From: Candidatus Binatia bacterium
Lineage (GTDB): Bacteria; Desulfobacterota; Binatia; UBA9968; CAXXLF01
DNA: 64,000 nt
Direction of reading: 5' to 3'
Assembly (NCBI GenBank): GCA_963664015.2
Contig: CAXXLF010000002.1
Span: 448,001-512,000, forward strand
Part shown: positions 40,010 to 50,842 of the stretch, in pieces
How positions within the stretch are numbered: position 1 is the stretch's first letter
How the letters are laid out: each line of letters opens with the position of its first letter
Program-made: the position numbers and the translations under genes
Notes under the pieces: generated by a model
What the model was told of the DNA's origin: nothing
Seen by the model: the letters and a program-made list of their open reading frames with translations, nothing else
Database searches by the model: none

Positions 40010-42475
40010 CTATAATGTGAGCCTTCGGATCCGAAGTGCATTGGTGATGACCGAAACAGAACTTAAGGTCATCGCCGCGCTGGCAATCATCGGACTCAAC
40101 AGGACACCGAAAAAAGGATATAAAATACCGGCTGCCACCGGCACACCGAGCGAATTATAAATAAATGCAAAAAATAGATTTTGACGGATGTTTCGCATAA
40201 CACCCTGACTAAGTCTGCGTGCCTTGGCAATCCCCCTTAGATCCCCCTTGACCAGGGTTATACCGGCGCTCTCCATGGCCACATCAGTACCCGTACCCAT
40301 GGCGATACCGACCTCAGCCTGAGCCAACGCCGGGGCATCGTTGATGCCGTCCCCGGCCATGGCTACGACACTTCCCTTGGCCTGCAACCGTTTTACCACC
40401 TCGGCCTTTTGATCGGGGAGTACCTCCGCTTCCACTTCATCGATGCCAAGTGTACGTCCCACCGCCTCAGCCGTTGTCCGGCTGTCTCCAGTCAGCATAA
40501 CGATGCGGATCCCACCTTGATGGATCAATCGAACCGCCTCCATGGTTGACCCTTTGATCGGATCGGCCACCCCAAGAAGCCCTGCTACCGACCTATCGAT
40601 GAGGACGAACATAACGGTCTGTCCTTCCTGCCTCAACGGCTCCCCCTGATCGACGAATGCACCGGCCTCCACACCCAGTTCGTCGAGCAACCTCCGATTT
40701 CCCAAAGCCACGCGCCGACCTTCGACGGTACCCATCACACCCTTTCCAGTGACCGAACGAAAGTCCTGGACCTCCGAAAGGTCGATGGCTTTTTCCCGAC
40801 TCCCTTCTACGATGGCACCGGCCAACGGGTGTTCACTGCCTCGCTCGAGGCTTGCCGCCAAACGAAGTATCTCCGCCTCGGTCTTCCCCTCAACAGGTAA
40901 AACCGTGACGAGTCGCGGCTTGCCTTCCGTAAGCGTCCCGGTCTTATCCACAACCAGGGTATCGACTCTCTCCAAAACCTCCAGGGCCTCAGCGTTCTTG
41001 ATCAATACCCCGGAATAGGCGCCGCGTCCGGTTCCGACCATGATGGACATGGGAGTAGCCAAACCCAAGGCGCAGGGACAGGCGATGATGAGTACGGCAA
41101 TAGCGTTCAGCAGGGCATAGGCCATGCGCGGTTCCGGGCCGACTATCGCCCAAATCAAAAAGGTAACGACGGCCGCGATCACGACGGCCGGGACAAAATA
41201 AGATGCAACGACATCGGCGAGGCGTTGGATCGGTGCCCGGCTGCGTTGGGCCTCGCTGACCATCCGTACAATCTGAGCGAGCAACGTGTCGCTTCCGACC
41301 AGTTCGACACGCATGACAAATCCCCCGGTACCGTTGACCGTACCCCCTGTCACCGGGCTGTCTGCGACCTTCTCCACAGGAATCGGCTCACCGGTGACCA
41401 TGGACTCGTCCACGGAGCTTGTCCCTTCCAGGACGACGCCGTCCACGGGGACCTTTTCTCCGGGACGGACCCGAAGGCGGTCGCCGGGCTTGACCAGGTC
41501 CAGTGAAATGTCTTCCTCCGTTCCATTGTCACCCAATCGCCGCGCGGTCTTGGGAGCCAAGCCGAGCAGGGCACGAATCGCGCTACTGGTCTGGCTGCGA
41601 GCGCGAAGCTCCAGGATCTGACCCATAAGCACCAAGGTTGTGATCACGGCGGCGGCCTCGAAATAGACGGCAATCCCCCCTCCCTCACCACGAAACGAGG
41701 CCGGGAACAGCCCCGGATACAGCGTGGCCACCACGCTATAGAGGTAGGCGGTTCCAATACCAATGGCGACCAAAGTAAACATGTTCAGGCTGCGGTATAC
41801 GATCGAGTTCCAACCGCGTTGGAAGAAAGGCCAACCACCCCAAAGCACTACAGGCGTGGCAAGTGCAAACTGGATCCAGGAGAGATAACGGGGCGCGAAG
41901 GCTCGTTGTAACGGCTGGCCCGGGATCATCTCCGACATTGCAAGAAAAAGCACAGGCACGGAAAGTACGAGGCTGACCCAGAAACGTCGGGTCATGTCTA
42001 CAAGTTCGGGGTTGCCCTCTTCCTCTAACGAAACCGTGCGCGGCTCCAGGGACATGCCGCATATCGGGCAGGACCCCGGCTCCGACTGAACAACCTCGGG
42101 GTGCGGGGGGCAGATGAATTCTGTCTTGGTGGGCAGTGCGGTGATGAGTTCCGGCTCCAAAGCCATTCCGCATTTGGGACAGGCTCCGGGGTGAGATTGA
42201 CGCACTTCAGGATCCATCGGGCAGGTATAGGCGCCTCCCCCTTCCAATGGGGTCGTTTTCAAGCCAGGGGTTGGTTCGTCAGCGGGAGTATTGCCGGAAG
42301 ATTGAGCAAGGTAGTGGTCGGGATCGAACTGGAACTTGGCCAAACAGTGGACGCAGCAAAAAAAATAGTCTTGGCCATTATGTTCCAAACGGTGTGAAGT
42401 CTTACCGGGATCGACTTCCATCCCGCATACAGGATCCGTCACTTGGTTACTCCTTTGACAGTCTTTTACAGTCAA
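40010..42475 (-). CDS. copA: Cu(I)/Ag(I)-translocating P1B-type ATPase with YHS and heavy-metal-binding domains
   Basis: DPVCGM, CPM.P...[34 protein letters not shown] and MxxSS. Confidence 0.95.
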   Translation of the reverse strand: MTVKDCQRSNQVTDPVCGMEVDPGKTSHRLEHNGQDYFFCCVHCLAKFQFDPDHYLAQSSGNTPADEPTPGLKTTPLEGGGAYTCPMDPEVRQSHPGACPKCGMALEPELITALPTKTEFICPPHPEVVQSEPGSCPICGMSLEPRTVSLEEEGNPELVDMTRRFWVSLVLSVPVLFLAMSEMIPGQPLQRAFAPRYLSWIQFALATPVVLWGGWPFFQRGWNSIVYRSLNMFTLVAIGIGTAYLYSVVATLYPGLFPASFRGEGGGIAVYFEAAAVITTLVLMGQILELRARSQTSSAIRALLGLAPKTARRLGDNGTEEDISLDLVKPGDRLRVRPGEKVPVDGVVLEGTSSVDESMVTGEPIPVEKVADSPVTGGTVNGTGGFVMRVELVGSDTLLAQIVRMVSEAQRSRAPIQRLADVVASYFVPAVVIAAVVTFLIWAIVGPEPRMAYALLNAIAVLIIACPCALGLATPMSIMVGTGRGAYSGVLIKNAEALEVLERVDTLVVDKTGTLTEGKPRLVTVLPVEGKTEAEILRLAASLERGSEHPLAGAIVEGSREKAIDLSEVQDFRSVTGKGVMGTVEGRRVALGNRRLLDELGVEAGAFVDQGEPLRQEGQTVMFVLIDRSVAGLLGVADPIKGSTMEAVRLIHQGGIRIVMLTGDSRTTAEAVGRTLGIDEVEAEVLPDQKAEVVKRLQAKGSVVAMAGDGINDAPALAQAEVGIAMGTGTDVAMESAGITLVKGDLRGIAKARRLSQGVMRNIRQNLFFAFIYNSLGVPVAAGILYPFFGVLLSPMIASAAMTLSSVSVITNALRIRRLTL

Positions 42476-42600
42476 TGACGCTCGGGACTCTTGCCTACCT
42501 CGTTACTACCTCAGGGCCGAGACGATGTCCACGAACAGGAAGACTCAAATTTTTCCTTGCCAATTCCTGAGCGGTCGTATAATAACTGACCTTGCCGACC

Positions 42601-43382
42601 ATGTTAAAAGCGATTTTCAGTTATATAAGCGTTTCTTTTGTGCTCGTCAGCTTGCTCGTTCCGGGTGATATCTTGGCCGAAGAAAAAGAACGGATCCAGA
42701 TTATCACTGGTTTTTCCTACGAAGAAGGCGACTTCGGCACCGGTGTGAATTCCAAAACCGTCATCGCCCCTTTCACCCTGCGATATCTGGGAGACCGTTT
42801 CGACCTGGGTCTCACGGTTCCTTTTGTCTATCAGGACTCCGCCGATGCAGTTACCATCGTGGGCGGATGACCGGAACAAATCCGGAATGACCATGTTTCT
42901 TTGGCACTCGATAATCTGACTCCCGGAATCGGCGACCCGGGGCTTGACTCGTTCTTGCCAGGTATAGCACCGTTTGCCAAGGTCAAGTTTCCCACAGCAG
43001 GTGAGAGTTCCGGCCTCGGAACCGGGAAGTCCGACTACGGTTTCGGTATGGAATTCGACAAGCAGATCGATGATTTTTCCCAATTTTCTGATGTCGGCTA
43101 CACTTTCATTGGAGAACCGTCGAATACCAACATACGGGATAAGATCTCGGCGGGAGGGGGGCCGGGTACCGAAATTTTAACAACCTTTTGGCAAGCGTGG
43201 CGCTGGCATGGAGTCGCGCGCTGATTAGGGATAGGGACGACCCCTTGGACATCACCCCCGCCCTTACCTGGAGAATTACCAGGCAGACGAGCTTCAGCCC
43301 CTTTGCCTCCATCGGCCTCTCCGAGGGGAGCCCCGATTTTGGCGTTGGTTTTGCCATTTCCTATCGCTTTTTGCGCTTTTAA
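42601..43382 (+). pseudogene. Outer-membrane beta-barrel transporter-family gene, fragmented
   Basis: Signal plus YEEGDFGT; GIGD; KFPTA..S.GLGTG..DY; C-terminal GLSEGSPDFGVGFAISYRF, spread over different frames. Confidence 0.65.
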
Positions 43383-43593
43383 GATTCCCCGGCGTTATCC
43401 CCTTACAACTTGATAGGCTCGTCTAATCTTTTGCCATTCACTCGTCTTCTGAGACAATTCTTTGAAGATCTCTATCCCTTCATCCACTTTCATGACCGGC
43501 TCAAGTCCTTATAATTACAGTAATATTCCTATCTAGTCCGATCTGCCTCTTTCTTGCGTTCAATCGGGAAAGCTTTACGAAGGAGGATTTGCA

Positions 43594-44484
43594 ATGAAAG
43601 GCCTCAGTGGAAAGGTAGCCGTGATGTTGATGGTCATATCCCTTGTTATAGGCTTGGGATTCGGCTCGGCACACGCTCAGCAGGAAGTAACCCTAAACGG
43701 AAATGATCTCCCACCAGGTCTCCTGGAGGTCATAAACCGAGAATTTAACAACTCCCAAAATCCTGAACTCAGACAGCTTCAATTCCGCGACCTCAATCTC
43801 ACCAGTAATGAGGCCCTGAAATTATTCCTGGCCAGCGATCCTGATAAACGTATCCTACGTTCGGTTGGTGACGCCCTGAAAAATGAACAGCAAGTCAGAT
43901 TCCAGGGGACCGTGGGGGGCAATCCCTTTGCGACCCGGGTGGAACGGGAAGACGATGGTACGCTCCGACTACGCATGGAGGGGATATATATCAGCGGCAT
44001 GTCCCCGGAACAGCTTGGGAGCTACCTTAACAACGGTTTCGACCGGGTTCGCATACAGGGATTAGGTGACCAGCGGTTTGAGATCAGGAGGCGAGATGAC
44101 GGGACGGTCCGAGCCGAATACAGAGGAATGGACGTTAGCGGGATGACCCCGGGGGAGCTTACGCTTTTAGCCAAAGATAAGGGGCTCGACCGCGTGCGCA
44201 TCCGGGGAGTGGACAAAGACGGGAACCGAGTCCGTATCGAATACCGTCAAGATAAGGGCATCGTGAAGTGGGAAGGTGTCGAACGCGGAGCGACCGAGTT
44301 GAGCCGTGAACTAAACAATGACCATGGCCGGGACCGGGGACCAGACCAGGAGAATAAATTTCGAGATCGTGTTGAGCGCAGCGGCCGGAGCGGCCGTGAC
44401 CGGATTGAGCGGTCGGTACGCGAGCGCGTCGAAAGGCCTGTGCGCGACAGGCGGGAACGCCATGGAGGAAGCGGCAGACACTAG
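43594..44484 (+). CDS. Secreted hypothetical protein with an internal repeat of about 50 aa and an Arg/Glu-rich tail
   Basis: Signal ending AHA; DDGT...G...SGM.P..L....G.DRVRI.G occurs twice; AGGAGG RBS. Confidence 0.75.
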   Translation: MKGLSGKVAVMLMVISLVIGLGFGSAHAQQEVTLNGNDLPPGLLEVINREFNNSQNPELRQLQFRDLNLTSNEALKLFLASDPDKRILRSVGDALKNEQQVRFQGTVGGNPFATRVEREDDGTLRLRMEGIYISGMSPEQLGSYLNNGFDRVRIQGLGDQRFEIRRRDDGTVRAEYRGMDVSGMTPGELTLLAKDKGLDRVRIRGVDKDGNRVRIEYRQDKGIVKWEGVERGATELSRELNNDHGRDRGPDQENKFRDRVERSGRSGRDRIERSVRERVERPVRDRRERHGGSGRH

Positions 44485-44533
44485 TCAATAATTAGATTCT
44501 AGGATAAGAGGGCGGCGCGTGGTAACCGAGATG

Positions 44534-45304
44534 TTACGAGTCGATCTTCACCGACACTCGCGCTTTTCGAATCCAGATAAAGAACACGGCAAGAGCCAGA
44601 ACCAGCACGCCTAACCCCGAATACAGCCAGCGCTTTTCCATATCCCCCTTGTTAGTAGCGACCGTGGGGTTGGCTTGAAGGGGTTCGTCGATCGCCTTGG
44701 CTTGAATTGGCTCGTTGGCCATGCCCTCATCCTTGAGCAGAGCACCAATGAAGTTTTTTGTCTTTTCCGTGTACCAATCCTTGTACCCCATACTCTTTGC
44801 GATCACATTGCCTTTCCGGCCGATCAAAAAGGTTATGGGAAGGGCATGGACTCCGTAGCGCTGGGCGATTTCACCGTTTTTATCCAAAAGGACCGGGAAG
44901 GTAAACCCGCTCTCTTTCAAATAGGATTGAATGGATTTCTCCTGCTCCATGAAATTTACGGCAACGATCTCCAGTCCGTTCCTTTTAAATTCCTGGTACA
45001 ATTTTTCCATGGAGGGCATCTCGAGGCGGCAGGGAGGACACCAGGTCGCCCAAAAGTTCAACAGAACTAGCTTACCGCTGAGATCATCGGATCCGAGGGA
45101 AACACCCGTCATAGTGGTGGAGCCATAACTGGGAGCCGGATTCGGGTCGGATACCGGCGCGAAGCCCAACTTCTGCATTGCGTCGGGGCCCTGCGCAAAT
45201 AAGGAGACTGGGAACAAGAGCGTGATGATCCATACAATGAATCGGAGCCTAAAAGGACCTTGTAATTGCTGCACACGCATACACTTTGAGGTTAGCATAG
45301 TCAC
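44534..45304 (-). CDS. TlpA-family thiol:disulfide oxidoreductase with a C-terminal membrane anchor
   Basis: LLNFWATWCPPC..EMP and YGV.ALP.TFLI; C-terminal TM segment. Confidence 0.9.
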   Translation of the reverse strand: MTMLTSKCMRVQQLQGPFRLRFIVWIITLLFPVSLFAQGPDAMQKLGFAPVSDPNPAPSYGSTTMTGVSLGSDDLSGKLVLLNFWATWCPPCRLEMPSMEKLYQEFKRNGLEIVAVNFMEQEKSIQSYLKESGFTFPVLLDKNGEIAQRYGVHALPITFLIGRKGNVIAKSMGYKDWYTEKTKNFIGALLKDEGMANEPIQAKAIDEPLQANPTVATNKGDMEKRWLYSGLGVLVLALAVFFIWIRKARVSVKIDS

Positions 45305-45617
45305 CTTGAAAAATCTCCGGATCTCACAGGCAGCCGGCTTAAAACGCTATTGGAATTATCCTCTAGGGGCCTTTACCCATTAACTTATTTCAGGACGTCC
45401 TTGTTCCCCGAATTCAAAACGGTCCTGAAAGTACCAGCTGCCCCACGAAACACACTCGTCCCCACCGGCTCCAAAAGGGTCAAGGTTGATCGGCCCCCCA
45501 GGCTTCCTGAGGTTCACCGAGGCGTCCTCAAGACCTCACAGTGTACAATTTTCGGTAAATGAACACCGTATGCATTGAAAATTCAGCCAATTTGGGGGCC
45601 TTATTGAGCCCACCGCC

Positions 45618-45634
45618 TGGGCATGAATCTTGCT
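45618..45634 (+). promoter_or_regulatory. Candidate sigma54 promoter
   Basis: TGGGCATGAATCTTGCT with GG-N10-GC spacing, 60 nt upstream of two small lipoprotein genes. Confidence 0.55.
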
Positions 45635-45693
45635 AAACAATCAATAGGTTAAAAATGAGATTCTCGACCAATTGGGGTGAAGGAGCGATACCC

Positions 45694-45822
45694 ATGAACG
45701 CGATCCGCATGACTATAATGGCAGTTATCTTGTGTACCATGTTTGTATTCACATCCGGGTGCGCGGCGCTGCTGTTATTGGGTATCGGCGGGGCGGGCGG
45801 CTATCTGATCCAGCCAAGGTGA
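45694..45822 (+). CDS. Small glycine-rich lipoprotein (42 aa, possibly truncated)
   Basis: MNAIRMTIMAVILCTMFVFTSGCAALLLLGIGGAGGYLIQPR; lipobox TSGC; AAGGAG RBS. Confidence 0.6.
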   Translation: MNAIRMTIMAVILCTMFVFTSGCAALLLLGIGGAGGYLIQPR

Positions 45823-45937
45823 GGGGCAAGACCGTAAGAACAGCGCTCCCGTGGAGCAGGTCGACGGAAATCAGGTGACCAGCGCGCAGGATAGCAACTT
45901 ACAGGAATTGGCCCTTCAGAGCCGGGGGGGTGGAGCG

Positions 45938-46063
45938 ATGAAGATAGCCTTCATTATAATCGCCGTTTGTATCACTCTGTTAGCAGGCTGCTCTACGGCG
46001 AGACGGATTGCACAGGACGCTGAAAATCTCATGGGTGGAATCAAAAGGTCGATCTCCAACTGA
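45938..46063 (+). CDS. Entericidin EcnA/B-like small lipoprotein
   Basis: MKIAFIIIAVCITLLAGCSTARRIAQDAENLMGGIKRSISN; lipobox LAGC followed by an amphipathic helix. Confidence 0.7.
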   Translation: MKIAFIIIAVCITLLAGCSTARRIAQDAENLMGGIKRSISN

Positions 46064-46070
46064 AAAACTT

Positions 46071-47300
46071 TCAAGATCCCATTCTTTTCTTCATTAAAAA
46101 GTAAAGTTTCCCTTTACTATTCATTTGCCCTGCGAGTGCTGCCGCCTCAGGACCCGCTCCAAAATAAAGGTCGACCCGCTTGAACCCACGAATGGCACTC
46201 CCCGTGTCCTGATTGAGAACGAATCGGCTAAAAGGCTCCCACTTAACCAGATTTCCATCTTTATCGAGAACCGGCCGCTGGGTTACGATAAAGGCCAAGG
46301 CCCCTTTGGGAAATAGACGCGCGTCGGTCGCAATGGACCTCTCCGGGGTCAAAGTCACGCCCAGGCTACCAATCGGCCCATCTTCCAGAAAACGGAAAAA
46401 TACAAATCTTTCATTAGCGGAAAAAACCGTTCCCCGCTCATCCGGATTATCCTTCAAGTAGCGACGCAAGCTTTGCATGGAGACGTCTTTGTACGGAATC
46501 TTCCCCCGTTCGACAAGCAACTGCCCAATACTGGTATAGGGTCTCCCATTGGATGCCGCATAGTTGAGCTGAAGCAGCCGCCCATCCTGCAAACGCAAGA
46601 GACCCGACCCCTGGATATGGAGAAAAAACAGATCCACCGGGTCTTTGCCCCATGCAAGCTCGTACCCCTTGCCATTGAGACGTCCCAGGGTTTCGATGTC
46701 ATGGCGTGAAAAATAAGGGACAAACCGACTGGCCTCGACCCGTCCCAGAACCCGTTCTCGCGCAAGTTCCTCGGCCAGGCCCGAGGGAAGATGATCCCTG
46801 AAACTATTCAGCCTGGCTTCGATTAAGTCCGCGGGCCTTCCATAGATGGGATAGCGATATTCGGCGGTCTTTTCGAGGCTGCCTTCGACTACCGGCTGAT
46901 AGTATCCGGTAAACAGCACATCCGCTTCCGATTCATCGGGAGATTCGAACAGATCGAACTGGGAGTGAATCGCCTCGCGAAAACTCTCCGTGCCATCAGC
47001 ACGATCTAGAATATCCATAAAAGCCATCAGGGATTCCCTCACTTCCCCGGCGGTGAACTTACGTGGCCATTCGCCGACGATCCGCTGCGCAGGGAGGCTG
47101 TCGAGATACTTGAGGCTATGCCCGATGGCCTGACGGATCGATTCACGATCCAGATTGTCTTGAACAAGAAAACGGTCAAGGGATACCTTCGGACCCATAG
47201 GCGGGCACGACGAAAGCAGCATAAGGAAAAGAGGAGCCAGTAGGGTAAATTGCCGCTTACGAACAATATTCGTGATCCATTTGGATTTGGCATTATTCAT
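46071..47300 (-). CDS. mltA: Membrane-bound lytic murein transglycosylase A
   Basis: Lipobox LSSC; LFTGYYQP, FFLHIQGSG, NGRPY.SIG, QDTGSAI.G..R.DLYFG.G. Confidence 0.93.
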   Translation of the reverse strand: MNNAKSKWITNIVRKRQFTLLAPLFLMLLSSCPPMGPKVSLDRFLVQDNLDRESIRQAIGHSLKYLDSLPAQRIVGEWPRKFTAGEVRESLMAFMDILDRADGTESFREAIHSQFDLFESPDESEADVLFTGYYQPVVEGSLEKTAEYRYPIYGRPADLIEARLNSFRDHLPSGLAEELARERVLGRVEASRFVPYFSRHDIETLGRLNGKGYELAWGKDPVDLFFLHIQGSGLLRLQDGRLLQLNYAASNGRPYTSIGQLLVERGKIPYKDVSMQSLRRYLKDNPDERGTVFSANERFVFFRFLEDGPIGSLGVTLTPERSIATDARLFPKGALAFIVTQRPVLDKDGNLVKWEPFSRFVLNQDTGSAIRGFKRVDLYFGAGPEAAALAGQMNSKGKLYFLMKKRMGS

Positions 47301-47387
47301 GAGTTCTCTTACCTACAAAAGTTTGAGCCACATTGAAAGATAAAATAACTCTTTTCTGGCCGCCAGTGAAGAAGGCATACTCCAAAT

Positions 47388-48895
47388 TTGAAAGAATCGA
47401 CAGGCTGTGAAAGGCTCCAGACTCCCTTGAACGAATTGAGCTCGCTCGATTATACGATTGTTATTCTTTACCTCACGGGGATGATCGCCGTAGGGTTTTG
47501 GATTGCCCGCCGGGTCAAGGGTTTCACCTTGTTTTTCGTTGCCGGCCGTATGATGACGACGCCACTCCTCGTCTCAACATTGGTGTCGACCTACTACGGA
47601 CTGGATGTGACATTCGGGGTTTCCGAAGTGAGGTTTTCAGAAGGAGTGCTCTCCTGGTTTGTTTATACCAGGCCCTATTACATCGGCATCCTGATCGCCA
47701 GCTTTATCCTGATCCGACGTTTGAAAGCATTCCCGTTTCTTTCCTTGCCTGACGTCGCAGAGCACTTCTACGGTAGGGCGGAAAGATTGATGGTTGCTCT
47801 GGCGAGTCTCCTCTATGATCTCCCCTTCCTGGGAATTATGGGGATGGGTATCCTTTTTCGCGTTATTCTGGGGCTCCCAGAGATGCAAGGCTATCTCATC
47901 GGCGCTGCTATTGCTGCTGTTTATACCCTCCTGGGAGGATTGTGGGCCGATGCCATTACAGACACGTTCTAATTTGTCTTGATGTGTATCACATTGGCCA
48001 TCGCCCTCCCCTTCGCTCTTGAGCTAGTGGGTGGATTTCAATGGATGCTGACGCTCATGGATCCAAAATACTTTACCCCAGCCGGTGAAATCCCGTTCCC
48101 CTACCGCATGGCTTTTATCCTGACCGTGCTTAGTGTTTTTGTAGAGCCAACCTTTTACCAGCGGATTTTCCAGCCAAAGACGAGCGCTCGCTCCGAAACG
48201 CTCTCCTCATAAGCATAGTCCTTTGGGCCGCCTACGACTGGGCAGCAACGATCCTGGGAATGGCCGCCGCAGCGACCGTAAAACAAAATATTCTTCTAGC
48301 CAGTCTCGTGGGTCGCGAGGCCCTCATGCAGATGGTTCTCATATCACTACCTATCGGCCTCCAGGGATTCTTTATCGCTGGTATCCTATCGTCAGCTATG
48401 TCAACCGTTGATTCCTACCTCCTGGTGGCAGGCGGTAACCTGTCCTATGATCTGTACCGACCCTTCGTCCGTCCGAACCTGTCAGAAGCTGCACTGCTCA
48501 GATTGACCCGTATCGGTATCCTTATTGTCCTGATCCCCTCTCTCGCAGTTGCCGTCTATTTTTAGCGAATTTCCGACGCCTGGGTGTTTATGCCCACGTT
48601 GCTTACGGCAACGGCCCTAATTCCTATCATGCCTGGACTCTTCCTCCCAGGACAGAGAAAACCCATGGAGGGATTTCTCTATTCCCTATTTGCCCTGGGA
48701 ACCGTAGTCCTCTACTACATCCTTGTGACGTTTCTGGGTCACCCAGAAAACGAAAGCTTTGTGTTAAGGATCTCCCTATTTTCACAACCCTGGGATATCT
48801 GGCGAGAATACAGCTTATTTTTTGCCTTACCCGCTTCCCTATTAGGATTTCTTTTAGGCTCAACTATTAACCGGACCCGGAGAGAGGTGTCATGA
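47388..48895 (+). pseudogene. Sodium:solute symporter (SSS family) with TAA 47970, a frameshift near 48170 and TAG 48563
   Basis: LDY.IV..Y, FFVAGR, YTLLGGLWA...TD, YQR.FAAK and SAMSTVDSYL. Confidence 0.88.
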
Positions 48896-49026
48896 GCAGT
48901 TGGAGTATCTGGACCTGGATCGCCATTTTCATCCTTGGTCCGGGGGCGGTGGCGATCTTCATCTGGTTCCTACGGGATGCCAAGAGAATGCTACGGGAGA
49001 TAGACGAACAGAATCCATACGAGTGA
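48892..49026 (+). CDS. Small single-TM protein, probable symporter accessory
   Basis: MSSWSIWTWIAIFILGPGAVAIFIWFLRDAKRMLREIDEQNPYE; ATGA overlap with the SSS stop; GAGGT RBS. Confidence 0.65.
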   Translation: MSSWSIWTWIAIFILGPGAVAIFIWFLRDAKRMLREIDEQNPYE

Positions 49027-49083
49027 GAATCTCTCAGGCTACTACCAATATAATGTTCAACAGAACAATTTCAAGAACGTTCT

Positions 49084-49210
49084 TCATGCCAAGACGCCAA
49101 GGGGCAAAGAAAATTAATTTTCTATTTTCTCTGAACTTGGCGTACTTTGCGTCTTTCCCTCGACTTTGCTCGGGACCCTGAGCCTGTCGATGCGTCGAAG
49201 GGTGCGCGAG
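49084..49210. repeat. Imperfect inverted repeat with a second palindromic element nested in its right arm
   Basis: Left arm gccaagacgccaag; right arm ctttgcgtctt...tgcgcgag is interrupted by ccctcgac...gtcgaaggg (49157-49202). Confidence 0.6.
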
Positions 49211-49331
49211 TCATCTTGTCCCTAATTTGGAATCCACAATCCAACGGAAAATTTCAAACATGTTTGGTTAGTCCTTACACTCCGTCGAAGTTGTCAATTC
49301 CAATGGAATCCGATAACTTCACGGTAACGCA

Positions 49332-49748
49332 ATGAAGCTCCTCTGTTTTCAAGCAAAGCGATTTTGGTGGAAGACGTATTCCAAGAGCCTATCCGATGTC
49401 CAGGATCAGGATATCGAGAAAGAAGTAAAAGAAGGCTTGATCGTTTTTTTCCATGCCGAGCCTACGGATGAAGAAGAGTCGAGGATGGGTTCGGTCCTAC
49501 GTCACAGCTTAAAGCATATCAAGTGGTTGGCCAACAAGAGAAAGCTTAAGAACATCGTGCTCCATTCCTTTGCCCATCTTGGGGGTGAGGTTGCCTCTCC
49601 CCCCTTTGCTCAGGCCCTGATCGGAGAACTTGCTGAGCGACTGCGAGACACTGACTATCATGTTCAAATCACTCCGTTTGGATATTCCTGCGAATGGGAT
49701 CTCAGTGTGAATGGCGATAGCCTTGCCAAGGTCTGGAAGGAAATCTAA
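49332..49748 (+). CDS. Stand-alone archaeal-type threonyl-tRNA synthetase editing domain (DTD-like fold)
   Basis: MKLL start, FFHAE..D, IVLHSFAHL...A.P..A, V..TPFGY and G..LAKVWKEI parallel the archaeal YPYAHL, PFGWYK and GHPLAE motifs. Confidence 0.8.
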   Translation: MKLLCFQAKRFWWKTYSKSLSDVQDQDIEKEVKEGLIVFFHAEPTDEEESRMGSVLRHSLKHIKWLANKRKLKNIVLHSFAHLGGEVASPPFAQALIGELAERLRDTDYHVQITPFGYSCEWDLSVNGDSLAKVWKEI

Positions 49749-49803
49749 CAACGAGAGTTGAATCATAGGGTCATGGGCTCAAATTAATTTTAGGAAGACG
49801 ACA

Positions 49804-50842
49804 ATGATATTTCTCACCAATCAACATATTCAGCAGGTCCTGACCATGGATGCCTGCATCGACGTTATCGAAGAAGCCTACCATGAGTTGGCCGCAGAGC
49901 AGGCCGCCTACCGGCCCAGGATCGACTTTTACGTTCCCCAGGAACCCCACTATTACCGTTGGGGAACCATGGAGGGGGCGTCGCGCAAGCTGGGCGTCAT
50001 GGCCATACGGATGAAATCGGACAAGCTCATCTGGAACCGCGAGGGGGAATTCAAAACCGAGGACAAGTATTGCATCCGCCCAGGAACCTACTGTGGCCTG
50101 GTATTTCTCCTGAGCGTCGGCACCGGTTAACCCCTCGCCTTGATGAACGATGGAATTCTTCAGCACCTGCGTGTGGGCGCCTGCGCTGGATTAGGAGCCA
50201 AATACCTCTCGCGACAGAATTCCAAAGTTTTGGGCATGCTGGGATCCGGCGGCATGGCCCGCACTTATACAGAGGCCATTCGAGCGGTTCACCCCATCGA
50301 ACGGATGAATGTCTTCAGTCCTCCCAAAGCCAATCGAGAGCGATATCCCGAGGAAATAACGCAGCAACTGGGCATCGAGGTGCAGGCGGTCCCCACCGCA
50401 GCACAGGCCGTAAGGGGAGCCGACATTGTCGCACTGGCTACCGACTCCTTGATTCCAGTAATGAACCCCGAATGGGTAGAACCCGGTATGCACGTCACCA
50501 ACGTTCGCTCTAACGAGGTGAATCAGGAACTGCTGGCAAAGATGGATGTTATCGGACGACTGGGTACGGCAACCATGATGATCGATCACCTCCCTGAAGA
50601 CACGATTAACGGCAGTGACGGGATGTTCGCCTATTGCGCCGGAACGGCAGAGAAAAAAGGGCGGATTCCCACCGCTCCTCACCGGGGCGTCGACAACCCC
50701 AAGATCGGCACCCTGCCGGACCTGATGGCAAAGCGCTGGGCAGGGAGAACCAACGAGCAGCAGATCACCTTCCTCAACAATCAGGGAACCCAGGGGCTCC
50801 AGTTTGCTGCCGTCGGGGCCAAGGTCTACGAATTGGCCACCG
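49804..50842 (+). pseudogene. Ornithine cyclodeaminase/mu-crystallin family gene with an in-frame TAA and a truncated C-terminus
   Basis: RVGA..GLGAKYLSR, GMLGSGGMA, ADIV.LAT, PGMHV and G.QFAAV; TAA at 50128-50130. Confidence 0.82.
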
